A stretch of 63,940 bases of DNA, counting the filler, from Pirum gemmata (taxonomy: Eukaryota): NCBI GenBank assembly GCA_002812295.1. It is 33 parts of 33 records of this genome, joined end to end, with 100 filler letters (N's around TTAATTAATTAA, not from the genome) between each part and the next. Parts side by side here need not be neighbours in the genome. Positions count along the whole stretch, not along the records: positions 39,278 to 40,350 come from PDIN01010585.1; positions 40,451 to 42,310 come from PDIN01010586.1; positions 42,411 to 44,266 come from PDIN01010587.1; positions 44,367 to 46,255 come from PDIN01010588.1; positions 46,356 to 48,213 come from PDIN01010589.1; positions 48,314 to 50,186 come from PDIN01010590.1; positions 50,287 to 52,155 come from PDIN01010591.1; positions 52,256 to 54,144 come from PDIN01010592.1; 25 more parts are not named here. One strand, 5' to 3'. Both the position numbers and the translations under genes were made by a program. The notes beneath the pieces are model-generated. The model did not search any database and was not told the DNA's origin. It saw only the letters and a program-made list of their open reading frames with translations. Below, in pieces: positions 39,628 to 52,383 of this stretch. Each line of letters starts with the position of its first letter. Positions within the stretch are counted from its first letter, which is position 1.

Positions 39628-39866
39628 GTCTCTATTCGTCAGATAGCGCTGTCATTTCAAAAATGACAAAAAGAAGTTTTACTTTGACAAACTTTTCGGG
39701 AAATGATAATGAATGACACGATCAGCTGCTCACTGCATAATATTGACGTAATTTCCTTTCATTTGATATACTTTTCGTCTCATTTGCGTAATTAAAAGTG
39801 TTAATACAACTACGTTGGATTTGAGATAAAACGTCATTTTAAAATGACGCTCTGACGAATAGACAC
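39628..39866. mobile_element. MITE (family G), TA-flanked
   Basis: TA|GTCTCTATTCGTCAGA..GCG..TCATTT.AAAATGAC ... GTCATTTTAAAATGACGCTCTGACGAATAGACAC|TA. Confidence 0.72.
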
Positions 39867-40042
39867 TAGCTAGTAGGCCCGAAAGTCATAGCATTATTTA
39901 TTACAAAAGTCGGGTACATCACTACTAGAGCTAGGGGTACATCAAGGAAGACTAGCTAGCTAGCTACTATCTAGTCTACTAGCTATCAATAGAGTCAGAC
40001 TAGCTCGAGTCTAGCCTAGCCTATCTAGCTTTTCATCTGAGA

Positions 40043-40200
40043 GCTTTTCATTTATTCACTCCGAATATTTATTTGGTTGGTTATAATATTAAAATTGATA
40101 TTTTTCATTGAATAAATATATAATAAAATATACCAAATTAAATAAAATGGATTTATATTGTATTAATTTGGTACTTTTTATTTATTTATGATGACAAAAC
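40043..40200 (-). mobile_element. MITE family A, truncated
   Basis: GCTTTTCATTTATTCACTCCGAATATTT...ATGACAAAAC. Confidence 0.78.
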
Positions 40201-40741
40201 ACTTCTCCCTTCCAGTTCTCCATTCTACCCATTCATTCATTATGACGTAACGATTGGAAAACTTGAAAAGGACAAATGATGACGCTTGGATGACGTATAA
40301 AAAAGTCAAAAAACCACACCCCAAAAATTAAAAATTTGGGGTGGGTTTTTNNNNNNNNNNNNNNNNNNNNNNNNNNNNNNNNNNNNNNNNNNNNTTAATT
40401 AATTAANNNNNNNNNNNNNNNNNNNNNNNNNNNNNNNNNNNNNNNNNNNNTTATTACTATTACTATTACTATTACTACTATTATTATTATTAAATGTTGT
40501 TGTTGTTGTTGTTGTTGTTATATTCTTACCTTTATCTCTACTTTATTATCAGAAAACACAAGTAACTAGTTTTTCTGAGTTTGTAATTTCTTTGTATTTG
40601 CGGAATGATTTGGACGGAGCCGAACTGCAAGCGAAAAATAAATTTTTTGATGCTTTTTTTTATCAGTTAAAAATGGATGCAAAACGCTGGGAGTTTACTA
40701 AAAAAAAACAATCCACAACTCACTTATATTATGAGGTATAA

Positions 40742-40920
40742 TGTTTTTCCCTTGTTTTGTAATCATAAAATATACAATAAATAGTACCACATTAATACAA
40801 TATGAACCATTTAATTTGATTTGGTATCTTTTATTATCTATTTATTTATTTAAAAATGTCTATTTAAATACTATAACCAACCAAATAAATATTCAGAGTG
40901 ACAAAATAAATGAAAAGCAC
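40742..40920 (+). mobile_element. MITE family A
   Basis: Close match to 26723-26902; ends TGAAAAGCAC. Confidence 0.85.
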
Positions 40921-41029
40921 AATAATGTTGAATAATAACAACGAATAATGAATAATAACAATGAATAATGAATAATAACAACGAATAATGATGATAAGAA
41001 CAACATCAAACAAACAAACAATCAATCAA

Positions 41030-41659
41030 AAATCAATCAAACAAACAAACTATAAAATAAATCAATCAATCAAAAATCAATCAATAAATCAACTAATCAA
41101 TAAATCAATAAATGAATAAATGAATAAATGAATAAATGAATAAATGAATAAATGAATAAATGAATAAATCAATAAACCAATAAACCAATAAATCAATAAA
41201 TCAATAAATCAATAAATCAATAAATCAATCAATCAATAAATCAATAAATTAATTAATTAGTAAATCAATCAATCGATCAATCAATCAATCAATCAATCAA
41301 CCAATCAATTAATTAATTAATCAATCAATCAATCAATGAATATACCAATCAATCAACAATCAATTAATTAGCCAATAAATAAATAAATAAATAAATCAAT
41401 AAATCAATAACTCAATAACTCAATAACTCAATAACTCAATAATAAATAAATCAATAAATCAATAAATCAATAAATCAATAAATCAATAAATCAATAAATC
41501 AATAAATCAATACATTAATAAATCAATAAATAAATGAATGAATAAATAAATAAATAAATAAATCAATAAATCAATAAATTAATAAATCAATCAATCATCA
41601 TCAACCATCATTCCATAAGGCAAGTAAACAAACAAACATACAAACGTATAAACAAACAA

Positions 41660-41698
<39 letters not shown>

Positions 41699-42310
41699 TA
41701 ACCAACCAACCAATCAACCAATCAACCAATCAATCAATAAATCAATAAATCAATAAATCAATAAATCAATAAATCAATAAATCAATAAATCAATAAATCA
41801 ATNNNNNNNAAATCAATAAATCAATAAATCAATAAATCAATAAATCAATAAATCAATAAATCAATAAATCAATAAATCGATAAATCAATAAATCAATAAA
41901 CCAATAAATCGATAAATCAATAAATCAATAAATCAATCGACCAATCAACAATCAACCAATAAATCAAACAATCAATAAATCAATAAATCAATAAATCAAT
42001 AAATCAATAAATCAATAAATCAATAAATCAATAAATCAATAAAATCAATAAATCAATAAATTAATAAATCAATAAATCAATAAATCAATAAAATCAATAA
42101 AATCAATAAATCAATAAATCCATAGATCAGTAAATCAATAGATCAATAAATCAATACATAAATCAATCAATCAATTTAATCAATCAATCAATCAATCAAT
42201 CAATCATCAATCAATCAATCAATCAATCAATTAACCAATGAATAAATCAATCAATCAACAATCAATAAATTAACCAATAGATAAATAAATAAATAAATAA
42301 ATAAATAAAT
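41030..42310. repeat. (AATCAATA)n / (AATC)n satellite
   Basis: Read directly. Confidence 0.95.
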
Positions 42311-42672
42311 NNNNNNNNNNNNNNNNNNNNNNNNNNNNNNNNNNNNNNNNNNNNTTAATTAATTAANNNNNNNNNNNNNNNNNNNNNNNNNNNNNNNNNN
42401 NNNNNNNNNNATTATTATTATCTACTGCTCGATATTGTTTTAGTTGCTTTAACCGTTTGGGTTCAACAGTTTTATCTTCCTTTCCCATTCAACTTCACGA
42501 GAAATAATTGGACTATAATCTTATTTTGGTGTTTCCTTTCTTTTTTTGGAAAGAAACTAATTGAATCCTTTCATATTAGTAAAAATAATTTTGTTACACT
42601 GGTATCATCACAACAGCTATTACAATTTACCACCACTGTTGATATATAACTTTTTATGACTAGAACTACAAA

Positions 42673-44164
42673 ATGGGTAAGGTGAAAGTAGAACAGATCA
42701 ATAAACAAGAATGGCAAGAAGAAATAGACTCTCAAGATTTGGAGAGAATAACTTTGGCCGTGGGCAAAATAAAAGCTTGCGAAGCCGTTGTTGAAAAAGA
42801 ATCGAAAAAGGAAAAAAGAAAATCGTTTTTAGACGGCTTAAGAAGTGAACGGAAAAGTTCTGTAGATAGGTTTGTTTTTGTTTCATTATATCCAATGGGA
42901 ATATATGTGTATATGTGTTTGTTTGTTTGTTTGTTTGTTTGTTTGTTTGTTTGTTTGTTTGTTTGTTTGTTTGTTTGTTTGTTTGTTTTTTCATTTTTTT
43001 GGTTTTTTGTTCGTAGTTGAACTTTTTTGTTCAGACGTTTCGAATTATTACACGTCATTTATTATTATCCTTTATCCTTTATCATTTGCCATGGGTCATT
43101 CATGGTTATGCAACATTATTGTTTTACTTATCATTGGCCGCATATCATTTATCATTTATCATTTATCATTTATCATTTATCATTTATCATTTATCATTTA
43201 TCATTTTTCATTTTTCATTTATCATTTATCATTTATCATTTATCATTTATCATTTAGCATGTATTATGTTATTATGTTATTATGTTATTATGTTATCATT
43301 TTCTCTTCATTTATCATTTATCATTTATCATATTATAGGTAAAAGAGCAACATAGGTTTTTGTCATTTATAATTNTTTAACATTTAACATTTATCATTTA
43401 TCATTTATCATTTTTACCATTTACCATTTATCATTTATCATTTATCATTTATCATTTATCATTTATCATTTATCATTTATCATTTATCATTTATACTCAT
43501 TATTATTAACTATAGTTCTAGTGTGAGTGATATGGACGAAATGTTGGAGGGAGATAAAACAGCCTTGCATCGTTCTTGTGAAAGTGGTAACGTGAAGGTA
43601 GTGCACCTTTTAAGTAAGTCGGCGTTTTTATCTATATGTAACTCTTAATGTTATAGTTATTTGTATGTTCAATATTTGTAAAGGTATGGTTTATTGATAA
43701 TGACACTGATGTGACCATAATGCTAGTTCAATATTGTTGTTTTTGTTGTATATAATGTTTAAGTAGTAAATAGGTTGTAGTAAAAAGCTAAAAGAAATTA
43801 TTGCTAGTAAATATTAAAAAAAAACAAGTTACAAGTGAGTAAAAGGTGATTAATATCTTTGTTTCTCATACATCTGTTTTATTCCTTAATGTATATTATA
43901 ACAATATTATTTTGTTTTTTATCTATCGATTGTTGATTATTGATTCTTTTTCTTATCAGTAAACAAAGGGGCATCTCCAAATAAGGTGGATGGAGAGGAA
44001 TTACTCCCTATTCATTATGCAATTCTGAATGGCCATGTAGATATTGCAAAATTTCTTTTATTAAAAAGTAACATCAATTTAACCACCAAGGAAGGTAGAA
44101 ATTGCATGCATCTAGCAGCATTTACTGGTAATTACGAAGTCATCCAGTTATATAAAAGCTTGGG
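42673..44164 (+). CDS. Ankyrin-repeat protein, first three exons
   Basis: Exons 42673-42869, 43516-43613 and 43960-44164 splice in phase: ...GDKTALHRSCESGNVKVVHLL/INKGASPNKVDGEELLPIHYAILNGHVDIAKFLL...EGRNCMHLAAFTGNYEVIQ. Confidence 0.88.
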
Positions 44165-44454
44165 GTTTGTGGTTCGGATGAGGGTTTGGAGTTTGGGTTT
44201 GGGTTAGGGTTAGGGTTAGGGTTTACAGTTAGGGTTAGGATTAGGGTTAGGGTTAGGGTTAGGGTTNNNNNNNNNNNNNNNNNNNNNNNNNNNNNNNNNN
44301 NNNNNNNNNNTTAATTAATTAANNNNNNNNNNNNNNNNNNNNNNNNNNNNNNNNNNNNNNNNNNNNATTATCATTATAATTTATAATTCCCCATATGAGC
44401 GATTAACGTAAATACTGTACGAGCTTGACTGTGATATTAAATAATAAAAATAAT

Positions 44455-46255
44455 ATGGCTATTAAATGTAAAGGTGATTGTGGTTCTCTACCATCTTTTA
44501 ACTGTGAAGGACAAACCAAAGCATTGTATTGTGCTAAAAGTAAAAAGGATGGTATGGTTGATGTTAGCAATATAAAATGTAAAGGAGGTTGTGGTTCTCA
44601 TCCATCTTGTAACTTTGAAGGACAAACCAAAGCATTGTATTGTGCTAAATGTAAAAAGGATGGTATGGTTAATGTTAGAAAAATAAAATGTAAAGGNNNN
44701 NNNNNNNNNNNNNNNNNNNNNNNNNNNNNNNNNNNNNNNNNNNNNNNNNNNNNNNNNNNNNNNNNNNNNNNNNNNNNNNNNNNNNNACCAAGGCATTATA
44801 TTGTGCTAAATGTAAAAAGGATGGCATGGTTAATGTTTGCAATGTAAAATGTATAGGTGGTTGTGGTGCTCAACCATCTTTTAACTTTGAAGGACAAACC
44901 AAAGCATTGCATTGTGCTCAATGTAAAAAGGATGGTATGGTTAATGTTAGCAATATAAAATGTAAAGGTGGCTGTGGCTCACAACCATCCTTTAACTTTG
45001 AAGGACAAACCGAAGCATTGTATTGTGCTAAATGTAAAAAGCATGGTATGGTTGATGTTAGGAATATAAAATGTAAAGGTGGTTGTGGTACTAAACCATC
45101 TTTTAACTTTGAAGGACACCCCAAAGCATTGTATTGTGCTAAATGTAAAAAGGATGATATGGTTAATGTTAGCAATATAAAATGCAAAGGTGGCTGTGGT
45201 ACTCAACCATCTTTTAACTTTGAAGGACAAACTAAAGCATTGTATTGTGCTAGATGTAAAAGGGATGGTATGGTTGATGTTGTCAATATAAAATGTAAAG
45301 GTGGCTGTGGTTCTCATCCATCTTGTAACTTTGAAGGACAAACCAAAGCATTGTATTGTGCTAAATGTAAAAAGGATGGTATGGTTAATGTTACAAAAAT
45401 AACATGTAAAGGTGGTTGTGGTTCTCATCCATCTTGTAACTTTGAAGGACAGACCAAGGCATTATATTGTGCTAAATGTAAAAAGGATGGCATGGTTAAT
45501 GTTTGCAATGTAAAATGTATAGGTGGTTGTGGTGCTCAACCATCTTTTAACTTTGAAGGACAAACCAAAGCATTGCATTGTGCTCAATGTAAAAAGGATG
45601 GTATGGTTAATGTTAGCAATATAAAATGTAAAGGTGGCTGTGGCTCACAACCATCTTTTAACTTTGAAGGACAAACCGAAGCATTGTATTGTGCTAAATG
45701 CAAAAAGGATGGTATGGCTGATGTTAGGAATATAAAATGTAAAGGAGGTTGTGGTACTAATCCATCTTTTAACTTTGAAGGATTTCCCAAAGCATTGTAT
45801 TGTGCTAAATGTAAAAAGGATGGTATGATTAATGTTCGCGATATAAAATGTAAAGGTGGTTGTGGTTCTCTTCCATCTTTTAACTTTGAAGGACAAATCA
45901 AAGCATTGTATTGTGCTAAATGTAAAAAGGATGGCATGGTTAATGTTAGGAATATAAAATGTAAAGGTGGCTGTAGCTCTCAACCATCTTTTAACTTTGA
46001 AGGACAAACCAAGGCATTGTATTGTGCTAAATGTAAAAAGGATGGTATGGTTAATGTTCGCAAAATAAAATGCAAAGGTGGTTGTGGTTCTACTCCATCT
46101 TTTAACTTTGAAGGACAAACCAAACAGTTATATTGTAGTAAATGTAAATTGAATGGTATGGTTAATGTTAAAGTGAATAGAAAACCGACCCATAATGTAA
46201 AAAGAGTTCAACGAGGGCGATCATCAAAACAAGCTGAAAAGGGGAAAACGAAAAA
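44455..46255 (+). CDS. EsV-1-7-type cysteine-rich repeat protein (at least 15 x 37-aa repeats), intronless, 3' incomplete
   Basis: Unit KCKGGCGSQPSFNFEGQTKALYCAKCKKDGMVNVRNI matches the EsV-1-7 C..GC...PSF...G....YC...GMV(N/D)V pattern. The apparent frameshift lies in the 44697-44787 N gap. Confidence 0.85.
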
Positions 46256-46736
46256 NNNNNNNNNNNNNNNNNNNNNNNNNNNNNNNNNNNNNNNNNNNNT
46301 TAATTAATTAANNNNNNNNNNNNNNNNNNNNNNNNNNNNNNNNNNNNNNNNNNNNACTACTACTACTACTACTACTACTACTAACTACCCTGTTGGCGAT
46401 GTGTTCGAGGAGTCACACTATTGTCGAGAACCCTAACCCTTATCCAACCCTGTGAACTACCACGATAACATCTATACTACTATTATTACTACTATTACTA
46501 ATACTATTGTTACTACCACTACTACTACTATGGATAGTATTACTACCCCTACGGTTACTGTTACTTCTCGTACTACTACCTTTACTGTTAGATACTATTA
46601 TTACCCTTACTTTATTACTACTACTGTTACTTTTACTATCACTGCTACTTATTGTTAATATTTATACTGCTACTGTATTAATGTTTTTACCGCCATTGCT
46701 ACAATCACTACACTTTCGTTTAGTTTGTTAAGTACT

Positions 46737-47032
46737 ATGATGACGATGCGTTTGAGGAGCCATACTATTGCCGAGAATAGGCAACCTCTTAAACTTCCTA
46801 GAGAATTGTTTTACAATATTATCATTTACCTGCCTCAAGCTGATCGTCTAACGTAAGTTTATTGTTTTGAACCAGATAACACACCATTATTAATTAAAAG
46901 AGAAATACAATGCCGTAACAGTAACAAATGCACAACAACAAATGTATTCCAACAAACGAACAACAACAAATGATCAACAACAACAGCAACAGCAACAACA
47001 ACAAAACCTATTTATTATTATTATTATTATTT

Positions 47033-47086
<54 letters not shown>

Positions 47087-47476
47087 AAAAAAAAAAAAAA
47101 AAAAACATTAAAAAACAACAAACAGCAACAAATAGCAATAGGCAATAACAATAACTACAATCACAATATTTGTAGCTGCAAAAATGTCACAACACTAATG
47201 ATAGTAACCATAACATAAATGATCACAAGAATAAAGTCAGATTGTATATATCTGGTTGTTGTACTCTATTTATTTAAGTTATAACTTTATTTTTAACCAT
47301 TATGATCATTACTTATTATCCTCCGTTCTATCCGTTATTCCCCCTCTTTCCAAAACTCTTAACCTATGCCATTGCATACTTTACTGTGTAGTATGAGTTT
47401 GACATGTCGAAAAATTAAAGCAATGGTTTCTTGTATAACTACTGAATGGAAATTGCATAGAAAGGCGACACAACGG
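46737..47476 (+). CDS. F-box protein, first two exons
   Basis: Exons 46737-46852 and 47392-47476 splice in phase: ...PLKLPRELFYNIIIYLPQADRLT/MSLTCRKIKAMVSCITTEWKL; the F-box motif is split by the intron. Confidence 0.78.
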
Positions 47477-47627
47477 GTATCCTTTTATAATATTTAACTA
47501 TTCAATAACTAACTATTATAGTTATTGCCGTTTCTATTAATTTGTTTACGTTTTTTTTTATTTTAGTTATTATTATTATAGTTATTATGGGGTGTTGTTT
47601 GGTGGTATTAGCCTTGTTCCCATCCGA

Positions 47628-47921
47628 CATGGGGTCTAAGTATGAGGGGAACGCGGATGACGTCATGATAATATTGTTTTTCCGCGATGTGTGAGGAGTG
47701 TGAGGAAAGTTGAAATTTCTTTTTTATTAATAATATTACTATATGTGGAAGTAAGGAGAGTGGTCGTGGTGTATCGTATTATTTTAAATATAGTAATTAA
47801 TATAATAATTATAAAAATATTTTTCAACTTTCCTCACGTTCTGTCTCACACATCAGATTTTTCATTATTATTATTATTATAATGACGTCATTTTCGTTTG
47901 CGTCATATTTTAGACCTCATG
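47628..47921. mobile_element. Fold-back / long-TIR MITE (~90-bp imperfect TIRs)
   Basis: CATGGGGTCTAA..ATGACGTCAT..GATGTGTGAG..GTGAGGAAAGTTGAAA mirrored by TTTCAACTTTCCTCAC..CTCACACATC..ATGACGTCAT..TTAGACCTCATG. Confidence 0.75.
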
Positions 47922-48024
47922 GAGATGTGGGAAAAACCATCGAATCGAGACTAGTTCGAATTTTTCGAAATTTTTCGATCTAATTTTAAATATTGACACT
48001 CACTTTTGATTTCCCGCATCTCCC
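47921..48024 (+). mobile_element. MITE family C, internally deleted
   Basis: GGAGATGTGGGAA...TTCCCGCATCTCC. Confidence 0.8.
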
Positions 48025-48592
48025 ATGCATCCGATCACTTTTATTGCTACGATTATACACTGTTATCAATAAAACTTTATCATTATTAAAATAAATTCAC
48101 TGTTACGGCGCTTCTACTCCTTGCTATTGTTATTAAATACTATAAATATTATAACTATTATTAATTATAATTATTATTCTTATTATTTCATTATTATCTT
48201 TATTATAACCATTNNNNNNNNNNNNNNNNNNNNNNNNNNNNNNNNNNNNNNNNNNNNTTAATTAATTAANNNNNNNNNNNNNNNNNNNNNNNNNNNNNNN
48301 NNNNNNNNNNNNNTATTATTTTTTTTAAAAAAAAAACCCTAAAAATATTTTTTAATTATCATATCATATTATTATAAAAACTATGTAAAAATAGATTTAT
48401 TGGGTTAAACCACAGTTAGAAACATCTAACTTATAAGAAAGCCGATCCTTACCTAAACTTGACCCTTATAAGCTAACCCTAACCATAGCCCTAACCCTGA
48501 CCACTTTCCTGACCGTAAACCTAAAAAATTTCTAACTTCCCTAACCCTAACCAAAAAAATCACTTTTTTCTTAATGAACAATATTTTTTTAA

Positions 48593-48826
48593 CTACCAAG
48601 CCGGATAAAAATGGCGACATCCGCCGTATGAGTTCAAAATCCAAAATTCTTAAAATAGTCCAATTTTAGTAGAAGTGCTACCAAATTTTGAGATAATATT
48701 TAACTATAAAAACTCTATTATGAACCAATAACTGGGACTTAAAAATAATTTGGCTAGTTGTAATTAAAGTTTTTTAGAAAAGAAGTCTAAAAAAAATTAT
48801 TTCTACAGTTTTATCTTGCTTGACTG
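48593..48826 (+). mobile_element. MITE family E (TTAA target, piggyBac-like)
   Basis: TTAA|CTACCAAGCCGGATAAAA...TTTTATCTTGCTTGACTG|TTAA. Confidence 0.82.
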
Positions 48827-49446
48827 TTAAATATATTAGTAATATATTACTGTTTTTTCATAGTCTTTGGAATTTTACAACAATTTTTTTAAAAAAAAGG
48901 CCAAAATGTTTTTAAAACTTTGTTATTAAATATTCAGAAACGAACAACAAACTAACCTTTTTATTATAAATGGGTAGAATTAGTTAAGAAATTTAGTAAA
49001 ATGAGAATTTTATATGATGTTGATAAACCATTTTTTTTATCGTGTTATTAAATATTCAGAAACGAACAACAAACTAACCTTTTTATTATAAATGGGTAGA
49101 ATTGGTTAAGAAATTTAGTAAAATGAGAATTTTATATGATGTTGATAAACCATTTTTTTTTTATCGATTTAATCAATATTTGACGCTTGATTATTGGATA
49201 ATATTCGGTCATTATACTTATTAAAAAATTTGATATGATGCAAACAATCTAAAAACGCCCAACTTTTTGGACTTACTAGAATTTTCAATTTTCGAATATA
49301 AGTATCGTAATAGGTATTTAATACGGTTTGAATTTTCGATCATATATATAAAAAAAAGTGAGACTTTTTTAATTATAAAAAAAAGTAGGTCGTTTTTAGA
49401 TTATTTGAACCATACTGAAAATAATATTACTATTTTTTTTTTTTAA

Positions 49447-49685
49447 CAGTCAAGCCGGATAAAACGGTAGAAATCTTTTTTTTTTTTAGACTTCTTTTCT
49501 AAAAGCCTTTAATTATAACTACCCAAATTATTTTTAAAAACTAGCTATTGGTTCATAATAGAGTTTTCTCAGTTATTTAATTCCTCAATATTTGGTAGTA
49601 CTTTAATTCAAATTGGATAATTTTGAGATTTTTTGGATTTTTGAGCACATATGGCGGATGTCGACATTTTTATCCGGCTTGGTAG
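49447..49685 (-). mobile_element. MITE family E
   Basis: TTAA|CAGTCAAGCCGGATAAAA...TTTTATCCGGCTTGGTAG. Confidence 0.82.
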
Positions 49686-50286
49686 TAAAAAAAAAAAATG
49701 AAAAATGCGATTGGATTAGCTTTATTAGGGCAATAATAACTCTGATCTACACCTACTAAGGCTATTAAACAATAAAAGATTTATTATTGGTTAGAATACA
49801 AGCTTTTTATGTATTACTAAGTTTTTTTTCACGAATAAAAACAAGTAATTAGAAAGTTTTCAAATAAAGTATTAAAATTAGTATAATTAATTCAATCAAT
49901 GATGACTTTTATTAACGTTTTTGGTATCAGATGTTTTAGCCCTAACCCTCTGAATGGTTAAAAATGTTGAAAAATAACATTATGATTCGCATTCTACAAG
50001 TTATTCTACCCCTATATATAAACATTTTTTTAAAAAAAATTACTTTTTCCACCCCTTGTGACGTAACACTATTATTTGTTTGAAAAATCGAATATAAGTA
50101 ATTAATAAGTTTGGAAAAACATTTTGAGCGAAGGAGTTTTTTTATTTTTTTTTTTTATTTATTTATTTATTTATTTTTTTTTTTTTNNNNNNNNNNNNNN
50201 NNNNNNNNNNNNNNNNNNNNNNNNNNNNNNTTAATTAATTAANNNNNNNNNNNNNNNNNNNNNNNNNNNNNNNNNNNNNNNNNNNN

Positions 50287-51066
50287 GTTTAGGGTTTAGG
50301 GTTTAGGATTTAGGGTTTAGGATTTAGGGTTCAGGGTTCAGGGTTTAGGGTTTAGGGTTTAGGTTTAAGGTTTAGGGTTTAAGGTTTAGGTTTAGGTTTC
50401 AGGGCTGAGGGTTTAGGGTTTAGTTATTTAGTTGTTTGGGGTTTAAGGTAAAGGTTTAGGATTGAGGATTGAGGATTGAGGATTGAGGATTGAGGATTGA
50501 GGGTTGATAGTTTAGGGTTTAGGGTTTAGAGAATAGGGCTTAGGGCTTAGGGTTTAGGGTTTAGGGTTTAGGGTATAGGGTTTAGGGTATAGGGTTTAGG
50601 GTTTAGGGTTTAGGGTTTAGGGTTTAGGGTTTAGGGTTTAGTTGTTTAGTTGTTTAGGGAGGGTTTAGGGGTTAGGGTTTAAGGGGTTAGGGTTTAGGGG
50701 GTTAGGGTTTAGGATTTAGGGTTTAGGGGGGTTGGGGTTTAGGGATTTAGGGTTCAGTGTTTAGGGTTTAGGGTTTAGGGTTTAGGGTATAGGCCTTGGG
50801 CTTTAGGTTTTGGGCTTTGGGCTTTGGGCTTTGGCGTATGATGTTTAAGGTTTAGATTTTAAGGTTGAGGATTTATGATTTAGTATTTAGGGTTTAGGGT
50901 TTAAGGTTTAGGTTTTAAGGTTTTAAGGTTTTAAAAGGCTTAGGGGTTAGGGGTTAGGGGTTAGGGGTTAGAAATTGACGTTTAGGATTTTCGGTTTAAG
51001 GTTTAAGGTTCAAAGTTTTAAGTTAATTAAGGTTTTAAGATAATTAGTGTTTTAAGATAATTAGGG
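50287..51066. repeat. Degenerate (TTTAGGG)n array, intronic
   Basis: Abuts the minus-strand splice donor at 51071-51072. Confidence 0.9.
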
Positions 51067-51072
51067 TTATAC

Positions 51073-51997
51073 CCAGGTGGTGGTCGATTGGAAAGGGCAG
51101 CTTTCTGTGCAGCGTATGGGTCGATTTTCCCTATAACGACGACATCGAACCATGTTGCTATATAAAAAAATAATTAATAATAATAATCCAACCAACAATC
51201 ACTAACACCAACCATCAACAAACCAAAAACAACCAACCACTAACAGCAACAGTCAAACCCCAATAACCCATAACCCATAACCAACACCAACCACTAACAG
51301 CAACAGCCAAAACCCAATAACCCATAACCCATAACCCATAACCCATAACCCATACCATAACCCATAACCCATAACCCATACCATAACCCATAACCCATAC
51401 CCATAACCCATAACCCATAACCCAAAACCCACAAGCCATAACCCAAAACCCATAACCCATAACCCATAACCCATAACCCATAGCCCATAGCCTAACTCAT
51501 AATCCACAACCCACAACCCATAACCCATAACCCATAACCCATAACCCACAACCCATAACCCATAACCCATAACTCATAACTCATAACTCATAACTCATAA
51601 CTCATAAATCATAACCCATCACCCATAACCCATAACCCATAACCCATAATCCATAACACATAACCCATAACCCATAACCCATAACCAATGATGCATAACC
51701 AATAACCAATAAATAATAATTATTAATTAAGAACTAATAACTAATAACTAATAACTAATAACTAATAACTAATAACTAATAACCCACAATCAACAATCAA
51801 CAACCAACAACCAACAACCAACAAAAACAGCATCATCATTATCAGCAACAGCAACAACCACAATAATAACCACAACCACAACCAAACAACAACCACAACA
51901 ACCACAGAATCAACATCAACACAAAATGTCAATAGCATAATACCATCATCAGGATGTTCTTCCATTTTATCTTTTTCCACAGTGGCTATCTTCCCAT
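51073..51997 (-). CDS. Two internal exons of an unknown protein
   Basis: Exons 51997-51944 and 51157-51073 splice in phase: GKIATVEKDKMEEHPDD/ATWFDVVVIGKIDPYAAQKAALSNRPPP. The intron is filled with (CCCATAA)n. Confidence 0.6.
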
Positions 51998-52261
51998 CTG
52001 TAAACATTTATTAAATATCAGCTAATTTAACAACAACACTAACAACAAAACTAAAAACAAAACAACAACAATAACAACAACAATAACAACAATAACAACA
52101 ACAAAAACAAAAAAAAAAAAAAAAACAAAAACAAAAAAAAAAACAACAAAAACAANNNNNNNNNNNNNNNNNNNNNNNNNNNNNNNNNNNNNNNNNNNNT
52201 TAATTAATTAANNNNNNNNNNNNNNNNNNNNNNNNNNNNNNNNNNNNNNNNNNNNATAATG

Positions 52262-52294
<33 letters not shown>

Positions 52295-52383
52295 AATAAA
52301 TCTTTTTTATTAAATAATAATAGCTACGTATACATTATACTGTAACTTTATTAATTATAAATTAATAACAATATAAAACAACC

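Noticed and set aside
44697..44787. Programmed frameshift in the Cys-repeat gene (and across 60677-60824 in the LRR gene)
   Set aside because: The frame change falls inside an estimated-length N gap.
44918..46118. Antisense ORFs over the Cys-repeat gene (and over Sel1, AIF, OSC and LRR)
   Set aside because: They are shadows of the real coding strand.
48593..49685. One 1.1-kb element with 235-bp TIRs
   Set aside because: Each arm is an independent family E MITE with its own TIRs and TTAA-type flanks, and there is no coding sequence between them.
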